In this document: positions 38,010 through 52,500 of the stretch, piece after piece | How positions within the stretch are numbered: the first letter of the stretch is position 1 | Layout: every line of letters begins with the position of its first letter | Translations under genes and position numbers: made by a program | Notes under the pieces: generated by a model | Seen by the model: only the letters and a program-made list of their open reading frames with translations | Told to the model about the DNA's origin: nothing | Databases searched by the model: none | Assembly: GCA_023920165.1 (NCBI GenBank) | Contig: CP089276.1 | Span: 2,418,001 to 2,482,000, forward strand | Direction: 5' to 3' | Length of the DNA: 64,000 nt | Source: Curvularia clavata | Lineage: Eukaryota

Positions 38010-39828
38010 ATGGTAGAAGCAGAAGGCAACCCCACGACGTGGAAATTCACCCAGTAGGTACCACACACCCCGTCAGCTGTGTAGCCAGACAGCTCCAGCT
38101 CGTCTTTTCGCCGTCCTTACGAGTTCGTGTCAAAGCGCTCTGCAACCGCCACTGACTGGAATAGATGCTTTGGTGATAAAGGCGATGTTGAGGATATAAC
38201 CGAAGGTACGTACCTCTGCTTGACCACTTCGTGATCTGCAAACCTTCACTTCCTCCTTGCGTCGTCTCAATTTCTGCGTCCAATGACTAACGGCGGGCGC
38301 AGCTGACATCATCTCCACCGTCGAATTCGACCAAACGGGCAACTACCTTGCAACTGGCGACAAGGGTGGTCGTGTGGTCTTGTTCGAGAGAAACGAGACG
38401 GTAAGACACTCTCATTGGCCTCCCCGCCGCCACAGCATCTAACAAGCAACAGAAAAAAACTTGCGAATACAAATTCCACACCGAGTTCCAATCGCACGAG
38501 CCCGAGTTCGATTACCTAAAATCTCTCGAGATTGAAGAAAAGATCAACAAGATCAAGTGGTGCCGTCGACAAAACGCCTCACACTATCTGCTTTCCACAA
38601 ATGACAAGACTATCAAATTATGGAAGGTGTTTGAAAAGTCGCTGAAGGTAGTGGCGGAGAACAATCTGTCGCACGAGTTGACGCCCGGAGGCGGGGTTGC
38701 TGGCGGTGGCGGTCCCGTCAGGAACCCAAATGCACAATTCCGCAGTGCCTCGGACCTGAAGCTCCCCAGACTCACACATCACGATACCGTTGTCGCGGCA
38801 GTACCCCGGAAGACGTATGCCAATGCACACGCATACCACATCAATAGCATATCTGTCAACAGTGATGGAGAAACATTCATCAGTAGCGACGATCTGCGGA
38901 TTAACCTGTGGAACCTCAACATCCAAGACCAGAGCTTCAACATCGTCGATATCAAGCCAGCGAACATGGAAGAACTGACAGAGGTTATTACAGCTGCTGA
39001 ATTCCACCCCATCAGCTGCAACTGGTTCATGTACGCGAGCTCCAAGGGAACGATCAAACTTGCCGACATGCGTGAAAGTGCTCTGTGCGACCAGCACGCA
39101 AAGCGTAAGTTACATACGGCTCCCTGCACAAAGTATTGCTCTGACGCGTGAGCCACAGAATTTGAACAGGAAGAGGACCCCTCATCAAGGTCGTTCTTCT
39201 CTGAAATCATTTCATCAATCTCCGATGTACGGTTCTCACACGATGGACGATACATTCTGTCTCGCGACTACCTGACCGTCAAGATCTGGGACGTGAATAT
39301 GGAGAAGACCCCGGTTAAGACGATTCCTATTCATGAACATCTGCGACCCAGACTATGCGACACATACGAAAATGACAGTATTTTTGACAAGTTCGAGGTC
39401 GTCTTCTCTGGAGACGCCAAGAATGTCATGACTGGAAGCTACAACAACAACTTTATGATCTACCCGTCAGACAATGACAAGGACACTGAGGTCGTATTGC
39501 AGGCTGACAAGTCTGCGTTCAAGGCGAAGAAGGTGGGAATCCCCACACCAATGAACTCTTCGGGCAGTCCGACGGGCAACGCCGGCAAGAAGGGTGGATC
39601 AAGAGCCGGCAGTCCTGCCGCTGGTGCTGTTGGACAAGGGCAACGAATGAGGAAGGAGACAGATGCGGATCAAATCGACTTTAACAAGAAGATTCTGCAT
39701 ATGAGCTGGCATCCATTTGAGGATAGCATTGCTATAGCAGCGACAAACAATGTGAGTTGGGCGCGCACGTGCCGAAAGTTGCAACACAAGCTAACAGACC
39801 TCAGCTTTTTGTCTTCTCCGCATTGTAA
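38010..39828 (+). CDS. CDC55: Protein phosphatase 2A regulatory B55 subunit, 6 exons
   Basis: [56 protein letters not shown]-type [13 protein letters not shown]; spliced end ATNNLFVFSAL*. Confidence 0.97.
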
Positions 39829-40678
39829 TGGCATTCTACGTTCATGAGCATCGCCAAGGAATTTCTGCAAGCGGGAATGTACACTTGTTGGGTTCTTGGC
39901 CATCCTTACCCTCTCATCTTCCTTTCAGTTGGCAACGATCTGCCTGGTGGCGCTAGGATGATAGAACAGGAGCATTTATGGCGAAAGGGCGCGGGAACGG
40001 AGATGATGAACGATGCAATGCGGCCAACGAACAGAGAGCTGTTGAGTAGTGTAGATTGCAACACCACGATAATGACTTTGAGTGGTGCAAAGGAATGACA
40101 AGAGAAATGTTAATGAATGATTTCTGGCGCTGGTTCATGGGTTGCAGCAGTAGTAGTAGTAGCAGTAATGTCGTGTCATGTAGGTGGTAGCTCCGAGCAC
40201 ATGGATTGATCCACATTTACCATCGGACCGCTGAGTGCATATATATGCAAACGAAGACTAAACATAGCCTTTGGACCCAGCATCGGTGTAAATAGGTTCT
40301 GGTCCCAGGTTCTCGGAAAATGCTCAGTTTGGTAAGACTGGCGGCGAATCTACGTTAGCGCCCGTGAGGCTCATTCTCATCCCGGACTAACACGTTGCGT
40401 CTCACACACACCCGTATACAACCGACTGCAGCATTAGTGCAAGTCATGACAAGGCTGTAGATAAACAACCACAATCCTTCATTCTTTGTGAGTGCTCTCC
40501 ATGAAAAGCGCTCGCGGGCTCTGGCAAGAAGCAGCGATCCGTGGGTGGCTGCTAACCACTCACGTTACGTGGCTAATCATTGCCGGTTTCCTAGTATTGC
40601 TTTCGCTTGGTCGATCCTGATTATTGCCTTCCAAACGTTTTAGCCATAAAACAATCTTTGAATAAATACTTGGCCACC

Positions 40679-41884
40679 ATGGCGGCCATCGTACCCATTG
40701 TCAGCAGCTTCTCGCTCATCTTTGGAGGATGCTGCGCCAACGTAAGAAAACAACTCCCACTACATCTGATGTTCTTAGTACTGACACATTTAAGGTGTAT
40801 TGCCTAGAAGCAATAGTAAAGTAAAAAGAACATGCCCGTTGCAAACCCAAGTACTAATATCACATCAGACAAGAACCTGACAGCGGTCTGCTGATCACGC
40901 TCTTTCAATTCGTGTTTACTTGTCTCTCGACATTACACTACCAGTTCGATCCAAATGGCCGTTACTTCATGAGGAGCTCACCAGTGCCGTTTCGAAAGTG
41001 GTGCGTGAGCGCGGCTTTGTTTTTCACCGTTAACATGATGAACAATTGGGCTTTCGCTTTCAACATCTCGGTCCCGGTCCATATCATTCTCAGGAGTTTT
41101 GGTAGTGTGACTACTATGATAGCTGGCTGGCTACGTGGCAAAAAGTACACGCCTTTGCAGATATTCTCGGTTGCAATCTTAACATTGGGCGTCATGGTTT
41201 CTGCGTGGGCGGATGCTCAGTCAAAGGTACGGTGGCCATATTTTACTGCTTGAGCTCGTAAGTGCTAACGATTTATAGGGCAAGAAAATGGACACATCAA
41301 GTTCTGACATGTCAAGAGCGTCGCTCCAGGCAGGCCTTTTGGTTCTGCTTGTCGCACAGCTGCTTTCAGCATGGATGGGAGCGTACGTTGAAGACATCTA
41401 CAAGGACCACGGAAACGACTGGCAGGCCAACCTTTTCTACTCGCACCTACTGTCCATTCCGTTTTTCGCCGGATTTGCCCCAGTCCTGAGCCAACAGTTC
41501 AAGCGTCTACAGGCATCGCAGTCATTCCAAGTGCCGCCTAAAGTTGCGACCACGCTGCCGCCTCTGGTCACCACAATTCTGGCCTCGACGTCACAACACA
41601 TTGTATACTTGACCGCCAACGCAGTCACCCAATTGCTGTGCATTACTGGAGTTAGTATGCTTAGCGCAAACACTTCTGCCGTGACGGTCACCATTGTGTT
41701 GAACATCAGGAAGCTAGTAAGTTTCTTGCTAAGCATCTGGATATTCGGAAACCAAATGAGCGGGCTGATGAAGGTCGGTGCTGCCATGGTATTTGGAGCC
41801 GGGGCTCTGTACGGATGGGAGACATCGTACCGCATACCACAGCAGAGGAAGCTTGAGGCAGAAAAGCAGAAGAAGGGCCAGTGA
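40679..41884 (+). CDS. YEA4: UAA-family nucleotide-sugar (UDP-GlcNAc) transporter, Yea4/SLC35B4-like, 4 exons
   Basis: IFGGCCANVYCLE, NNWAFAFNISVPVHIILRS, LFYSHLLSIP, LNIRKLVS; C-terminal KKGQ (KKxx ER retrieval signal). Confidence 0.88.
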
Positions 41885-42363
41885 TGCACACAGGGGGCCA
41901 GGGACTCGGCGCCAGTTCACTCGCGTCAGGGGGGTGGCCATATGTATACGGGCTAGCTGGATGGGACGGCATTTGGTGTAGATTAGAACGAGGTAGCACC
42001 GGGCGCGCCGGTCCGCACCAGGACTTGTGCCAAGAATAGACATTGCAAAAGGCTTGACCAAACCTTCGGAGCCTCGTCTCTGCGCCTCGCTGGAGGCTTT
42101 ACCGTGGTGGGTGGGCCAATGGAGTCAATGCAGGGGTACGCAAGCTGTAAGCGAGATGCCCATTGGGGACTGGTCCTCTCGGACCCTGAACTCGCCATTA
42201 GGTGTCGTGTCTCTTGCGAAGCAGCCCCCGACTCTCTTTCTAATTCCATCAACCAATTCTTCTTCTTGCGGGAGGTGAGTCCATGCCATCGCGCCAACCA
42301 ATGCTCTAGTGCTAGGAATTAACGTGCAGACCAACAGGTAGCTTCACAGAGCCGCAGCCCACC

Positions 42364-44857
42364 ATGTCGTCACCTGCTGGGAGCATCCGCCAGCGAGCAG
42401 GCAAGGACAAGAAGCGACCCGTCTCGCCCAACCCAGAAGCGCTGGCCGAGAAGGTTGCCAATGTTGTCGAGAAGGGCAAGCCGTACAAACCTGCGCAGCA
42501 GGGCAATGAATGGGACTACAAGCTTGCCATTACCATCATGACCGCCCTCGCCTTTGTCACTCGCTTTTGGGGCATCAGGCATCCTGATCAGGTTGTTTTT
42601 GACGAGGTCCATTTTGGCAAGGTATGTGTATCCATATCCAGACGCTGCGTCGCGTCTCTTCTGGGCGCTGCGGACGCGGTCTGTACTTTGACCGCAAGGC
42701 TAATTGCACCCACAGTTCGCTTCGTACTACCTGCAACGTACCTACTTCTTCGACGTCCACCCTCCTCTCGGGAAACTCCTTTTTGCTCTTGCTGGCTGGC
42801 TCGTCGGATACAAGGGTGACTTCTTGTTCGAGAACATTGGCGACTCGTACATTGCCAACAAGGTTCCGTATGTCGCATACCGTGCCATGCCAGCCTCGCT
42901 TGGCGCCCTTACTGTTCCCATTGTCTTCATGATCATGTGGGAGTCTGGATATTCGCTGCCTGCCTGCATCACCGCTGCCGGACTTATGCTGTTCGACAAT
43001 GCCCACATCGGTCAGACACGCCTCATTCTCTTGGACGCCTCCCTCATCTTTTTCATGGCTCTCTCCGTGCTATCCTACATTCGCTTTTACAAGGAAAGGC
43101 ACGTGCCTTTTGGTCAAAAATGGTGGAAATGGCTCCTTTTGACCGGCATCAACCTGAGCTGCGTCATCTCCATTAAATACGTTGGTGTCTTCACTTTCTT
43201 CTCTATTGGTGTCCCAGTCTTGTTCGATCTCTGGGACTTGATGGACATTAACCGACGACAAGGCGCATTGACTCTTGTTGAGTTCGGTAAGCACTTCGCT
43301 GCTCGCGCTGTCGGCCTGGTCATTGTTCCTTTCTTCCTCTACCTTTTCTGGTTCCAGGTGCACTTTTCTATTCTGACTCGCTCTGGACCTGGCGATGACT
43401 TCATGACCCCAGAGTTCCAGGAAACCTTGAGCGACAACATTATGAGCCTTCAGTCTGTTGGTATTAACTACTACGACTCCATTACCATTCGCCACAAGGA
43501 AACCAAGGTGTACCTTCACAGCCACCCAGACCGCTACCCGCTACGATACGAGGATGGACGTGTCTCTTCTCAAGGACAGCAGGTTACTGGTTACCCCCAC
43601 AACGACACCAACAACCACTGGCAGATTCTTCCTTCAACTCCTCTCCCGAGCGAGGTTGGTCAGCGCGTTAAGCTCGGTGACACCATTCGCCTCCGCCATT
43701 TGATTACGGATACTATTCTTTTGACCCACGATGTTGCATCGCCTTACTACCCCACTAACCAGGAATTCACAACCGTGAGCAAGGAGGACGCCGCCGGTGC
43801 ACGTTATAACGATACCCTTTTCCAGATCAAGGTTGATAAAGGCAAGGGCGATTTCAAGACTATGTCAACTCACTTCAAGCTTGTGCACGTACCAACCAAG
43901 GTCGCCATGTGGACTCATACCAAGCCATTGCCAGACTGGGCTTATAAGCAGGCTGAAATTAACGGAAACAAGGCGGTCCAGCAATCCAGCAACCTCTGGT
44001 ATGTCGATGACATTCCTTCGCTCCCAGCCGAAGATCCACGCAACAAGAAGGAGCCCAAGCAGGTCAAGCACCTTGGCTTCCTCAGGAAGTGGGTTGAGCT
44101 TCAACGCGCCATGTTCCATCACAACAATGCCTTGACCAGCTCCCACCCCTATGCGTCGCAGCCCATTTCATGGCCTTTCCTTCTGCGTGGTGTATCTTTC
44201 TGGACCAAGAACGACACTCGCCAGCAGATCTATTTTCTGGGTAATCCCATTGGATGGTGGCTTGCCTCTTCGCTTCTTGCCGTCTTTGTCGGTGTCATTG
44301 GCGCCGACCAGCTGGCTCTCCGCCGTGGCATGGACGCCCTCGATGAGCGTAAGTTGTTTCTCTCATATAAGACGCCCAAGCTCTTGCATTTGGTCAAGTC
44401 GTTTGTCTTTGATGGGGATGTTCTAACATTCTTACCTGTAGGCACCCGCGCTCGTCTTTACAACTCCACCGGTTTCTTCTTCCTCACTTGGGCCGCTCAT
44501 TATATCCCCTTCTACATTATGGGACGACAGCTTTTCCTTCACCATTATCTCCCCGCTCACCTAGCCTCCTGTCTCGTCACCGGAGCCCTGGTCGAGTTTG
44601 TCTTCTGCATTGAGCCTCAGGAACCCGAAATGCCAGGTGCTGTCAAGGGCCATCGCCGAACTCGCTCACGCCCGGTCCGCGAGCGTGTTGCCTCGTCGAG
44701 CCTCATCGGTAGCTGGATTGCCACTGGCGTTATCCTTGCCGCAGTCTTCTGGTGCTTCCTGTTCTTTGCACCGCTCACATACGGTAACCCTGGCCTTGAC
44801 GTTGCTCAGGTCAACGCGAGGAAGTGGCTCGGATACGATCTTCACTTTGCCAAATAA
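42364..44857 (+). CDS. PMT4: Dolichyl-phosphate-mannose:protein O-mannosyltransferase, Pmt4 subfamily, 3 exons
   Basis: VVFDEVHFGKFASYY, FFDVHPPLGKL, MIR domains (YLHSH, QQVTGY), HPYASQP, RQLFLHHYLPA, C-terminal YDLHFAK. Confidence 0.92.
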
Positions 44858-45427
44858 GCTTTGGATGACTTGGAGCTGTGAGGTTTTGGGTTTGGGTACA
44901 AGACTTCTTTTTTCTCTTCATATTGTTTTCACTAGGGAAAAATGGTGCACAGCGTGGAGGCTGGGGTGCTAGTAGGGGTGCAGTTCAGGTTCATGTATTT
45001 TATCATATTTTGTGCCTTTTAGGCCGTGGGTGGGGCTCAAGGGCTGCCATCAAACCCGCAAAGCTTTTCCTATGTCTAGTCATATTAGAAGTAGGATGGT
45101 GAAAGAAGATTTCGCCGCCTAAAATACCAATGCGAACGCAAATTGGTAGCAACATGTGTCTTTTGAAATTCCCCTGTTTATCTGTACTGCCGGTTTGAGC
45201 CAGATTTAATCTATATCTAAACGCCTCCATGCAGGTTCCAAAGGCAATCCTTCCCGACTTGTACCGTCCTGGTCCCAAAGCAGCAACTATCGCCCAATTC
45301 TTCAGTCCATTCGTCTACGCGTGGTATCTTGACCTTACGTTGCAGGAGCCAGTCGTCGTCTCCTTGGGGAGATTGATCCTCTTTTTCTTGGGGCTGACCA
45401 ATAACGCTCGAAGCACTATGCTCACCC

Positions 45428-47426
45428 TCAAAACTCAAACTCGCCCCGAAAACGCTCCACATCCATGCCAGGACCCACAATGTCCGACAAGTCTCTCCGT
45501 CCCATCTGTCCAAATACTCTTCTTAGCGTATCGTACAAGTTGGTGCTTTGGTTTTGGTGAATCATGTTGTCCAATTGGCTGTCAGACACGCCGTCTCCCA
45601 CGACTTCTCTGGCCTTCTCTTTGCCTTCTCGCTCTACCACCTTGTGCATGGCCAGAGCACCAAGCAAGTGTTGGGCTGCCTCAGTATAGCAGCCAATGTT
45701 GATACAAGACACACCCAGGTTGTAGCGGGCGCGTACAAAGTTTGGGCGGAGGGCAAGGGCGCGCGAGTACGCATCAATGGCTTCCTCGCTGCGGCCTGAG
45801 TTTGCAAGCGTGGCACCGAGGCGGTTCCAGAGGAGGTGAACCTGCGATGATGAGTTTGAGACGCCCGATTCTGTAGATGCGAGTGCGGCGCCGAAACAAT
45901 CGACAGCCTTGTCGTATTCTTCCACACCGTAGAACAAAACACCTAAACCGACTTGTACGTCGGGGTCCATTTGCTCCCCACTAGGCGATAATTGCGCGGC
46001 TTGGATGAACAGGTTGGTGACCTTCTCGTGGAGTAAATGTCGGTCTGTGAAGCCCATCTCGGCATCAGAGGAGAGGGGTTCCTTGATTAGGGAAGGGTAT
46101 TTTGTTGCTAGCCAACGTTCTAGCGTCCGGTATGCTGTGCTCTCGTAGCCTTCGTTCGTGTACGATACGGCCAGGCCCATCAAGGCTTCCAGATTCGAGG
46201 GATCCTGCTTCAACGCGTGCTCCAACGCCCGAATGGCGGGTGTTTCCTTCTCGTTCTGTGCCTGAGCCTCGCCCAATCTCACCCAAGCCGCAATGTGGTT
46301 TGGATCCTTCTGCACTGCCGCCTCAAATGCCAGAGCAGCTAGCGACAAATTTCCGCCTTCTTCCATGATCTTGACACCCTCCTCAAAAGGGTTTGTGACG
46401 TTCTTGAAAAGATTCTCCTGCTCGAATAGATAGTCACCCATGGACGGGTCGCGGACCGAATGCGTGTTCAAACCGTCGAAACCCTCCCACTGATCGAGGT
46501 CGCCCATGTGTCCCTCGGCGAATCTTTCCTCGTTGGCAAGTTGCCTAGCGTATTCAGTCTCAGCTTGGATTCCCTTCCAGACGGACTCGAAATCGTCAAA
46601 GTTAACGCCGTCTTTCTCTACTGACCTGTCCATTTCGTTCAGCTCAGCCTCCATGGCCTTGTTGGCTTCCTCGTCAAGCGCATTCAGGTCTTGTTGATCG
46701 CTCTGTTCTAACTGTGCAAACTGAGCCTCCCAGTCATGATCGTCGAGCTCCACCATTCGCCCTTTGCCCTTGCCGGAGTCTTGTACGGGCTGCTGAAAGT
46801 TTTGGGGTGCATATGGTTGCTGCATCATGCCCATTCCCATTCCCATACCGCCCATACCCATACCCATGCCCATGCCATACATTGGTTGCTGGTATGCCGT
46901 CATGGAAGGTTGCGACGCGGTTGTAGGGCTTGCGGTCCGAGCGGCGGGGTTCATTTGCTGGAACTTTGCGAATTCAGCAGGGCTGAAGCCTGCTGGTCGT
47001 TCTTGCATGGCTGGGCCCATTTGAGGAGCCTGCATGCCTGGGTCGAACTCGGCTGCCCATGCTGGCGATCCGCTGTGTTGGGCTCGCTCCAGTTCTCTGC
47101 GCATCTGCTCCATAGCGAAAGGTGAGGCAGGCCCTGGTCCTTGGGGGAGCTGCACATTCTGGTTCATGAACTCGTTCATCATCTGCCAGCCCTCTTGTTA
47201 GTCATGATGTCCCTTCACCGCTGTGAACTCGATGGATATGTTGTCGCTGACTTACGCCATCGGAAGGACCACCCATCTGCTGGCTTCGCATACCCTCCTG
47301 CATTCCCCCGGGCCCGCGCCCGACCAGGCGGTCTCGCTGTAGAGACTTGTCATCTTGTACATGCTTGGTAAACTGGCTGAGCGGGTTGGCCCCTGTGGAG
47401 CATTCCGCGCCACCGAGGAAAGACAT
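45428..47426 (-). CDS. PEX5: Peroxisomal PTS1 receptor Pex5, 2 exons
   Basis: N-terminal MSFLGGAECSTGANPL with the conserved Cys, WxxxF motifs (WAAEF, WEAQF), TPRs (LWNRLGATLANSGRSEEAI, RARYNLGVSCINIG), end FRGEFEF. Confidence 0.97.
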
Positions 47427-47996
47427 GGCGAGATGTGCGATGAGGGGACGTGTCGACAAGCGGGTGTAGCGCGATTGGAAGAGGGTGGAAGAAGAAAGGT
47501 ACAAGCAAGCAAGCAAGTTGGGGTGGTAAGTCGGCGGAACCACGCGCGTTGAGTATTGATCAGCAGCAGATGGCGGGTGGAGAAGGTAGGTACGCGGGGC
47601 AAGCCGAGGTCGCAGTGGGCGTCGCGCTTGCCGAACTGTGATCCACCTTGACCGCGGCCCTGCATGGACTCACAACAGTGGCGTAATCCTCATGTACTCA
47701 TGTATGAATAGATATTTCATTACAAACTATCCAAGACGTTTCGTTTTTTTGGACCCTATATCATATACAACAGGAGAAGGGAATCACAACGCCAGACGCT
47801 CTCCACTATGGTACAACAGATGGCTTCTATATGGATCAACATGGGGGCATAACCAGCAATTCGTACGGTTCAGTCGTCCAAATCCTACAACAGTGAGGAC
47901 AATCATCTTTGCAGTCGTCATTCAGCCACCGCGGAAGCGCAAGGGAGCCCTCCAATTTTTTGTTCCAGAACCCATCTCAAGTTATTCGCCTCTCGT

Positions 47997-49073
47997 CTAT
48001 GCTTGGGTCGAGTCCTGACGCTTCTGTCGCTGTGATGCGGTACCGGATGTACTAAAGTCTACGCGAAGCTGTCTTCCGTAAATCACCTTCTCCTTAAGAA
48101 TTTCTTTGGCTCGGGTGGCGCTAGCCACATCCACGAAATCGGCATGGGCAAAGCCTCGTGGTTGGCCGGTTCTCCTGTCAATGGCAACACGGACGTCGAT
48201 GACGTTGCGAATGTCACGGAATAGATCGTTCAGGTCTTTGTCTGACATCTCGAAGGACATGTTGCCAATGAATAGAGTATCGGATGGAGGGTTGGGTTCG
48301 CCGTTGCCGTTGGGGCTACGGGTTTTGGCCTGGTACCTGGGCTTGTGGAATTGAACGACAAGGTTGCGGCCCTCGAAGACCTGCATGTCAAGATTGTCGA
48401 TGGCAGCTTGTGCATCAGAGATGTTCTTGAACTCAACATAGGCGAACCTAAACACAGCTGTTAGCCAATCTTTTGCCAGGTTGGTCCAAGACATATTACC
48501 CTCTGCTAAGACCCCGGTTATCATAGACGATTTTGATGCTATCGACGTCGCCGAACCGAGAGAAGACGCGCTTCAGCTGTTCTGGGGTAACTTCGTAGTA
48601 CAAGTTGCCTACATAAAGCACCTTATTTGGCTCAGCAGCGGTTGTAGACCGTTCCCTCTTCGGCCGTGGGGAGGTCTCGGTAGCTTTGGCGGCAGCCTCC
48701 AATGCGCTCGAGCCAACAGTCGCAGACTTGTTGGTGGGCTCTGCCTGTACCTCTTGCTGTGCGGGCGTCAAGTTTTCCTCAATTGGTGCCTCTGCTGCTG
48801 TCTGGGCAAAGTTCTCAGAGGCGACTGCGGCAGCAGCCTCAGCGGACTCGGTTTTTGGCGTTTCATCGCTGGCAAACCTCCGCTGGAAAGAAGCAATCGA
48901 CCACTGCTGGTGCCGTAGGCGGAGCGCCGAGGATGTGAGAGTGTTAATGGAGCGCGGCTGTGTGCACGCCTTGGAAGGCGAGGCACTGATGGCACGGGCT
49001 GCAGCACGGCGGAGGAGGAACCTGCATGGCGATAAGTATGTTTGGTCAATTGGCCCCAAGGGAGGGCTTACAT
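47997..49073 (-). CDS. Mitochondrially targeted 2xRRM RNA-binding protein, 3 exons (first coding exon is only AT)
   Basis: Presequence MFLLRRAAARAISAS...FQRRFAS; RNP motifs LYVGNL/RGFAYVEF and LFIGNM/RGFAHADF. Confidence 0.85.
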
Positions 49074-49573
49074 GATGGCGACTAAGCAACAATATGGCGG
49101 TATTCACTCGACTTCCGGCCGTCGAGATGCGGTAAATTTTTGGCCATGCATCCTCGACTCGCGCTAGGCCTCGAGCACGTGACGGCTCGGGGATTGTTAC
49201 GTTACTGTTAGATTACGTTACTGCGACAGACTGGGTATGGCTCATTACCCCCGCCGACAGCATCACCAGCCGAGGGTGGGAGGGGAGGACTAGCTAGCTC
49301 GGTAGCATTGCTCTGGTAGGCTCTACACAGAGTGAACATGACGGCCAGCAGCCTCCCTTCCTCGTTCGCCTGCTCTTGCTTTTTTTTTCGCAAAAACGCG
49401 CTAGGAGACCGGCCTGTTATGAATGGTAGTAGTCATCGAGTCCATATTTTTTGCAGCGATATGGCACGGGGCAAGCCGACTGGCCGGCGGGGTCCGATGC
49501 GCAGTGCTGGCTGAGTCTTGTTCGCAGGCTCTCATTCGCTCCAGCATTCACTACTTCCACCTCCCAAAGCGCC

Positions 49574-52500
49574 ATGTTGAAAGGTAACCCTCGCCATTCC
49601 CCTCGATTCCACACATTGCCATACTCATGTGTCCTGCAGGAGCATTTTCCGCTGACGCAGATGCGTCGCCAGACTTTGGCCCCACCCGTGACGACCAAAT
49701 CACTTCGTCAGAGGAAGACGAACTCGCTCTAGACGACTCTGACACAGATCCCAGCGGCAGCGGGCGTACAAAAAACAATCATGGTGCAACTTCAGCAGGG
49801 CAGAGAGGTGCCGGTCCCACCATGGAAGATGACGACGACGACAGTGGCATGCTCCCTCGCGACAAGCAGCGTCGAACCGCCTACTACGACTACACTACGG
49901 AGAAGCAGATGAGCCATACCGAAGCCAAGCAATTCTACCAAAGACATCAGCTCGAGACACAATACGGCGGTGCCATGGGGGACATGCAAAGCCCCGCCAT
50001 GCGCGCGAAAACGTTCCCCACCAACCTTGGTGGCAATGACGGTGTCGACTTCTTCAGCAGGGCCGAGAGTACTCGCTCGCGGAAGAGCAATATTAGCCAT
50101 GCGAATCAAGTCCCACGGCCCTACCTCCCCATCGGGACATTGCAAGCAGAGCAATCACAGGAGCCCCGTCGACATATGACGCAACAATCCCCCTACGCTT
50201 CAGGGGCCTACGACGAAACCGAAAAGCTTCTCCAGGCTGATCAGCAGGCTCGGTCGCACGGCCTGCATCCCGAACTGCCTCACGAGCATAAGCCACTCCT
50301 GGCTGAGCAAGGAATTCATGGTGCTGGTGCTGGCATAGGAGTTGGAGGAGGGGCAGGAGGATTCGCCATGTCCGATTCCAGTATCACTGCTGAGCTCAGT
50401 TCCATCTATGCAAACATCCAAAAGGTCCTTGATTTGCGCCACAAGTACATTCGTCTATCATTGCAACGCGCCTTCGACAACCCCAAAGACGACCCAGCCT
50501 GGCGCATTTACCCGTCGCCTCCAGAACCCGTGTGGAATGATACTTCCAAAGAACGTCGCAATGCAGCCAGTAGCATGCAAAACAGTGGCATTCTGGAGCC
50601 CAATGAACCACCCAAGCCACCCCGCAAAATGGGCACTAATATCGGCGAAGATTTCATCTTGGAAGAGTGCCTCCCAGTGCCTGGTCCCGTAGAAATGTCG
50701 TTCCGGCTCGATAATAGTGGCGTGTTTCAAGTGTATGAGACTGCCAAATCTGCTGAGCTCGATACGCCCATTGTGGCTATCCCCACATTGCGCGAGTTCT
50801 ACATCGATCTCGACGCCATTCTGGACATATCATCTGATGGACCCAGTAAAAGTTTTGCATTTCGCCGTCTCCAATACTTGGAGGGAAAGTTCAATCTCTA
50901 CTATTTGCTGAATGAGTACCAAGAGACAGCCGATACCAAGAAGGTGCCTCATCGAGACTTCTACAATGTGCGAAAGGTTGACACGCACGTACATCACTCG
51001 GCATGCATGAACCAGAAACATCTGTTGCGATTCATCAAGTCGAAGATGAAGAAGTCGCCTGATGAAGTAGTGCTGTACCGTGATGGCAAGCACCTCACGC
51101 TGAGGGAAGTATTCGAGTCCATCAATTTGACGGCGTATGATCTGAGTATTGACACGTTGGATATGCATGTAAGTGCCCGAATTTTATTTGGCGTAGACGA
51201 CGCTAACCAGCTAGGCCCATACCGACTCTTTCCATCGCTTTGACAAATTCAATCTCAAGTACAACCCGATTGGAGAATCACGTTTGCGAACCATCTTCTT
51301 GAAGACAGACAATTTCATCAAGGGTCGGTATCTGGCTGAAATCACGAAAGAAGTCATATCAGATCTCGAGGCGAGCAAATATCAGTTCGTGGAATGGCGC
51401 CTGTCCATCTATGGCCGAGAAATTGACGAGTGGGACAAACTCGCGGCTTGGGTTGTTGACAATAAACTCTTCTCGCCTAACGTCAGATGGCTGATTCAAG
51501 TTCCGCGCTTGTATGATGTGTACAAAGCGACTGGCCTGATGGATAACTTCCAACAGGTTGTCGTTAATGTGTTCCAGCCTTTATTTGAGGTGACCAAAGA
51601 TCCTTCAAGCCACCCCAAGCTTCACATTTTTCTGCAGAGGGTTGTTGGCTTTGACTGTGTCGATGACGAAAGCAAGGTCGAGCGACGTGTGCACAAGAAA
51701 TTCCCACTTCCAAGTGAGTGGTCTACAAAGCAGAACCCGCCGTACAGTTACTGGATTTACTACTTGTTTGCAAACATATCGTCGCTTAATGTCTGGAGAA
51801 AGCAGAGAGGTTTCAACACATTCCTCCTTCGCCCGCACTCTGGTGAGGCTGGTGATACCGATCATTTAGCCGCAGCCGCTCTGTGCAGTCACAGCATTAG
51901 TCACGGCATTTTGCTCCGAAAACTGCCATTCCTCCAATACATCTTCTACCTTGAGCAGATTGGTATTGCAATGTCACCTCTCAGCAACAATGCCCTCTTC
52001 TTGGCGTATGAGCGAAACCCGTTCATGAGCTACTTCAGGCGCGGTCTGAACGTCTCACTCTCGACAGACGACCCTCTCCAGTTTGCTTTCACCAAGGAGC
52101 CTCTGATTGAAGAGTACTCTGTCGCGGCGCAAATCTATAAGCTGAGTGCTGTAGATATGTGTGAATTGGCCAAACATTCAGTGGAGCAGAGTGGCTTTGA
52201 GCATGTAATCAAGCAGAAGTGGTTGGGTAGCAACTACCATCTTCCTGGTGTTGCAGGCAACGATATGGCAAGGTCCAATGTACCTAGCATTCGCGAGGCC
52301 TTCCGACACGAGACGCTTATGGCGGAACTAGCCATGTAAGTTGTGTAGCGGTTGGACGCAATGACGTCCAGATACGAAACTCTCATCAGCAGGTTATACT
52401 GACACGACATAGGATTGATCGATACACACGTGCGGCCCAGGCCGGTGGTAACCACGACCTCACCAGCACCAACTTGCAGTCAGAGGTACCACAGACGCCG

